Part shown: piece after piece, positions 63,598 to 64,000 of the stretch
Layout: each line of letters opens with the position of its first letter
Position numbering within the stretch: the stretch's first letter is position 1
DNA from: Mustelus asterias
Taxonomy: Eukaryota
Assembly: GCF_964213995.1 (NCBI RefSeq)
Contig: NC_135818.1
Coordinates: 45,694,001 to 45,758,000 of the forward strand
Direction: 5' to 3'
DNA length: 64,000 nucleotides
Position numbers and translations under genes: made by a program
Notes under the pieces: generated by a model
What the model saw: the letters and a program-made list of their open reading frames with translations, nothing else
The model's database searches: none
What the model was told of the DNA's origin: nothing

Positions 63598-63965
63598 GCC
63601 AGCTGTGGCTCAGCAGGTTGCACTCACCCCTGGATCAGAAAGGCTTCAACTCTGACACTCCAGTGTAGTACTGAGTGCTACATTGTCAGAGGTGTTAACT
63701 TTCATCTGAAAGGACCCGTTTGTTATCTCAAGTGAATGCAAGAGATCCCATACTACAATATCAAAGAGCAGCAGAAAAGTTATAACCAGTGTCCTGGCCA
63801 TTATTTATTCTTCAATCAATAAGACATTGGTCATTATTACACTGCTACTTGTGGAAGCTTGGTGTGCACAAATTGGCTGTTGTAATTCCTATATTGTGAC
63901 AGTACTATATTTCAACAGCAGTTCATTAGTTGTTATAGATTTTGGGATATCCCGAGGTTATGAGA
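63598..63965 (+). mobile_element. DeuSINE (SacSINE1-like)
   Basis: ctgacactccagtgtagtactgag...agatcccat...gtgtcctggcca...tgtgcacaaattggctg. Confidence 0.65.
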
Positions 63966-64000
63966 CCATAAGACATAGGAGCGGAATTAGGCCACTCGGC

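Noticed and set aside
59260-64000. DAAM1 3' exons expected from human synteny
   Set aside because: No formin FH2/DAD-like translation was recognised on either strand within the window.
1-64000. CRISPR array, rRNA genes or prokaryotic operons
   Set aside because: The sequence is vertebrate, with spliceosomal introns; no regularly spaced direct repeats or rRNA-like segments were seen.

Overview
Eukaryotic DNA from a cartilaginous fish (shark), inferred from abundant HE1/V-SINE, DeuSINE and CR1 repeats. It carries the vertebrate gene block JKAMP (minus strand, coding exons 1-4, continuing off the left edge), head-to-head across a ~120-bp GC-rich bidirectional promoter with L3HYPDH (plus strand, 5 exons, 346 aa), followed by GPR135 (plus strand, single coding exon). 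The remaining ~33 kb is repeat-dense: CR1, L2, RTE, Rex1, Tx1, two decayed Gypsy LTR elements and many SINEs. Three observations stand out. (1) The L3HYPDH orthologue has a racemase/epimerase-type Cys/Cys active site (MCGH plus DRSPCGSG) rather than the Cys/Thr pair of the human dehydratase. (2) Two copies of a ~300-340 bp retroposed element start with U2 snRNA nt 1-37/39 and share a second internal U2 segment, an octamer, conserved hairpins and an A-tail; one copy has a 13-bp target-site duplication (TSD). This is a candidate shark U2-headed SINE family. (3) Short Penelope-type elements with TSDs carry type-I hammerhead ribozymes, one intact and one with a U3-A8 compensatory core. All calls were made by eye; repeat boundaries are approximate.
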